DNA of 63,808 nucleotides, the filler included, from Octopus bimaculoides (taxonomy: Eukaryota): the NCBI RefSeq assembly GCF_001194135.2. It is 4 parts of 3 records of this genome, joined end to end, with 100 filler letters (N's around TTAATTAATTAA, not from the genome) between each part and the next. Parts side by side here need not be neighbours in the genome. Positions count along the whole stretch, not along the records: positions 48,238 to 63,808 come from NC_068983.1; 3 more parts are not named here. The stretch is one strand, 5' to 3'. Position 1 is the stretch's first letter, and the number at the start of each line of letters is the position of its first letter. A program made the position numbers and the translations under genes. The notes beneath the pieces were generated by a model. That model saw only the letters and a list, made by a program, of their open reading frames with translations. It was not told where the DNA came from and did no database searches. Positions 60,424 through 63,808 of the stretch are shown here, piece after piece.

Positions 60424-62240
60424 CCACATAATCAGCTAAACGGATCACAAACATGTGACGTGTAGGCTAGACTTAGATAAGACACATAGACAGGGTCCCG
60501 GGTACTGGAAACTAAACGCGTCTTTCCCATCGAGACAGGTTTTCAGAGACCGGATTAGCACGCTAGTAAAGAAGGGCTTTGACGGGAGCTATCATAAACA
60601 ACAAATGGTGGTTTGTCCTCAAGAGAGCAATAAAAGCAGAGACAATTAGGTATAGCAAAGCACTAGCCGTAGATAGAAACAGAGTAGAGGGTGACCTAGT
60701 TAAGAAGCTAGAAGAGCCGATTAGAAGTGGCATCGTATCCAACGTTTTGGCAGTGAGGTTGGCCCTCGACCATCACTTCAACGCCAAACACGAAGGGTGT
60801 GTTGTTAGAGCTAGGCTGCGTGCTCTAAGGAACGAAGGTGTTGGAGCAGCGTGAGAGGCACGACTGGGGGAGGCGCAACAGGGCAACAAAGCCACCATTC
60901 GATCTCTGGTAGATGGACAGGGGCGCGAATTACTCGAGCCAAGTAAAATGTGTGAGACCTTTCAACAACATTTTGCTCGACTGCTCGGGACGAGTGGCGA
61001 GCGAGAAGGCAGGGTGGACTTCAGTGCCTACCTGCAAAGCCTGCCACGATTCTCGACAAGAGAGGCAGGGTGCTGCGAAGGTGCCAGCTCGGCAGCGGAA
61101 GTGCGGGACGCGATGGCAGAATGCTCGAGGAACAAATTGCCGGGTTTGGATGGTCTACCCTACGAGCTTTACAGTTGTATGCCAGACTTGTTTAGAGACG
61201 TCTTGGCAGCAGTGTACTGTAACTGGCAGCAAAACGGGAGCATCCCCGGTTTTGTGAGCCGAGGAGCCGTAACGCTGCTGAAGAAAGACCCAAACAAGGG
61301 GGACGCAATAGATAACTTTAGCCCCATCACTCTGTTCAATGCAGACTTGAAAATTTTGGCCAAGATCTTAGCCAACAGATTGGCACTTGTCATCGAGAAA
61401 CTGGTCGACAAGGCGCAAACGTGCGCCGTCCCAGGCCGGAGCATCCATGATAACCTCCATCTGATGCGCTACATCATAGACAGGGTAGTTAAGGAAACTG
61501 GCATGGGTGGGGACCCTGATCAATTTAGATCAATCGAAAGCTTTCGATAGGGTAGACCCTCGATACTTGGAGGCTGTTCTCATAGCGGCTGGTTTCAGTC
61601 ACGTCTTCTGCAGCTAGATACCTGATTTGTACAGAGGCATCCGTTCGGTAATTCGCGTAAATGGACATCTATCGAGACCCTTCGACATAGCACTTGTGGC
61701 TATGGCGAAAGAATGTGTATGGTGGACGCGTCTGAAAGTTCTAGAGACAAACACTTTCCTCTCTGGTGAACCTCTCATAAACTTCTTCAAGTATCACTTG
61801 AAGAGGAAGGCGAGAGTAGAGAGGGAAGTTTTGTCTAGTGAATGTTTCAAAAATTGATGGGTGAATGTAGCAAGGATGGCACGTGTGATTGACGAAGCAA
61901 CCTTGAGCATAATCCTATGAACCAAAGAGAAAAAAAAGAAGGAAAAGAAAGTAAAAAAAGGAGTCACTGTAATGTGTATTTTGCACGACATTATTGCCCG
62001 ATGTTACCGTGGTCTTTTCCGTAGGCTTTTCTTTCCACGGATAAACCTAATCTGTTTCCCATTTTATGACACTTCTGTGATACACAATCCCTATTGATCG
62101 TTTTTCTTTTCTACCACGATCCCTTTTGGATCAAAATTCTACTCCCCACTTTTTTGTCTTTCCTTTCCAAAAAGAAAAAAAGCTCTACTTTGTATTTTGT
62201 CCCCTCTGTGTTCAGCCCTGTGTGGCCAATAAAGAAACAT
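60422..62240 (+). mobile_element. Tx1-clade (L1 group) LINE, 5' truncated, internally deleted, with intact 3' UTR and AATAAA
   Basis: TDH..GPGYWKLNAS (end of the APE domain), PGLDGLPYELY, PITLFNADLKILAKILANRL, AQTCAVPGRSIHDN, KAFDRVD, VNGHLSRPFDI fused directly to the C-terminus. AATAAA at 62228-62233. Flanked by (CTAT)10 and (ATCT)7. Confidence 0.92.
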
Positions 62241-62265
62241 ATCTATCTATCTATCTATCTATCTA

Positions 62266-62320
<55 letters not shown>

Positions 62321-62859
62321 GACTATCTATATCTTCTTACGCATATATATATGCATAAACTCACAAAATGAAGTAAACACATATATCCATATCACGTGAT
62401 TTTGAACTCTGATAAGTATCTTAGTTCACATCAGTGGATCTTGCTGATAGTCCGGGTCAAAAGGGTAACCCGCCTCGTACAACTCATGAAAAAACTGTTG
62501 AAATCCTGTGCTAATTCAAAACGGTCGAAGTGTATAGTATAAATACCCTTTTAACCATCATCATCTAATGACAGTTTCAGTATGTAATAAATTATGTCTA
62601 CATCTCTGCACTGATATGCATGCTACGCATTATACAATACAATTGTATATTTATAAAACCAATGCAGGTAACAAAAGAATATTCTCATCGATCGGATCTC
62701 CCAGAATTCAGCTGCATAGAATTCACCATTACACTCCTCCTTATTGGATTACTATGTGGCCTGTTAGCCGAGTCCGCTAGATGAGCTTTTTGTGACAGCT
62801 ACACAATTCTACGAATCCATATATTACACTACATGCACACGCACGAGCGGCGCGCGCGC

Positions 62860-62965
62860 ACACACACATAAACCTACGCATGCACACACATGCATGCACA
62901 CACACGCATGCACACACACGCATGCACACACACGCATGCACACATACGCATGCACACACACGCAT
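62860..62965. repeat. (ATGCACACACACGC)n-type 14-bp minisatellite running into a gap
   Basis: Direct reading. Confidence 0.85.
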
Positions 62966-63093
62966 NNNNNNNNNNNNNNNNNNNNNNNNNNNNNNNNNNN
63001 NNNNNNNNNNNNNNNNNNNNNNNNNNNNNNNNNNNNNNNNNNNNNNNNNNNNNNNNNNNNNNNNNNNNNNNNNNNNNNNNNNNNNNNNNNNNN

Positions 63094-63124
<31 letters not shown>

Positions 63125-63489
63125 GGAAACTCATTATTCCTTACATATGTAATGAAAGCAATGCATATATGCTTATATAGTTTCTGTTATATGAGCCGAC
63201 AACGTCACTAATAAATTTGCTCCACTGAACATATATAATTATGCCTGTTTGGAAGTTCGCAAAATGTCTGGGTACAACTTCTCTTGCGCACCATACACAG
63301 AACACTAAGATAACTTTCCATCCTGATGTCAATATGCTTAAATATATCAATACACATAAAACCGTTCTCTGCATAACGTTAATACAGACACACATAGACA
63401 CACAGACAGACAGACACACACACACACACACACACGTTTGCATGTATGTGTCTGTATAATATAATGTAATATAGTATAATATATAGGAG

Positions 63490-63808
63490 GAATTTCAACC
63501 ATGTTTCGTGGTCTGCTACCACAACAGCTCCTTTATAGGATCCAGTTAGCTCAAGACATCATCAGGAGGAACCACGTCCGGTTTCGGCCCCTACTCCTTT
63601 ACCGTTTTGACGTGGCGGGGCCCCTCCTTTCGGAGGTGTCTTCAGCTCTGGTGTTGGGTGCATGTCTTCTTTCTTCTATTCCCTGGCCTCTTCGATGCAG
63701 CATCAACGATTGTCAGCGTCCGACTGATCGTCATGTCAAGTTCCCCTTTTTATATCTGCTGCTAGGCTCCAGCAGGCAGCCCCGGCTAGTTGTCACGTGA
63801 CACTGTCT
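63490..63808 (-). mobile_element. GC-rich LTR/pLTR-like segment with a TATA-like box and two hammerhead-core-like motif pairs; may extend beyond the window edge
   Basis: Minus strand: TATAAAAA (63754-63747), CTGAAGA (63645-63639)..GGCC-GAAAC (63585-63581), CTGATGA (63565-63559)..GAAAC (63507-63503). Confidence 0.4.

Noticed and set aside
63484-63507. LTR end CA followed by TGG primer-binding site on the minus strand
   Set aside because: TGGTTGAAATTCCTCC does not match any tRNA 3' end I recognise and no gag/pol follows.

Overview
AT-rich, microsatellite-saturated, gap-ridden eukaryotic DNA. Composition and SINE families point to a cephalopod, most likely Octopus (inference). No complete host gene, rRNA, tRNA gene or CRISPR array is supported; almost every ORF in the track is a microsatellite or N-run artefact. 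Three artificial 44N-TTAATTAATTAA-44N linkers split the window into four joined scaffolds. The readable content is decayed mobile DNA: a DD37D (maT) Tc1/mariner remnant, a mariner with an internal inversion, a Chapaev3-like DNA transposon, Tx1-, CR1-, RTE- and Dong/R4-type LINE fragments, at least four SINE-like families, foldback/MITE-like hairpins, and Penelope-like relics. Best second-look items: (1) several hammerhead-ribozyme-like motifs of different architectures, (2) a Tx1-clade LINE sitting inside an (ATCT)n microsatellite, suggesting microsatellite targeting, (3) two neighbouring inverted repeats whose 7 substitutions are all G.U-compatible on the + strand, (4) a head-to-head SINE palindrome and SINE cluster in trinucleotide microsatellites, (5) one possible 99-nt host exon. 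All family names come from reading motifs and from memory, not from database searches.
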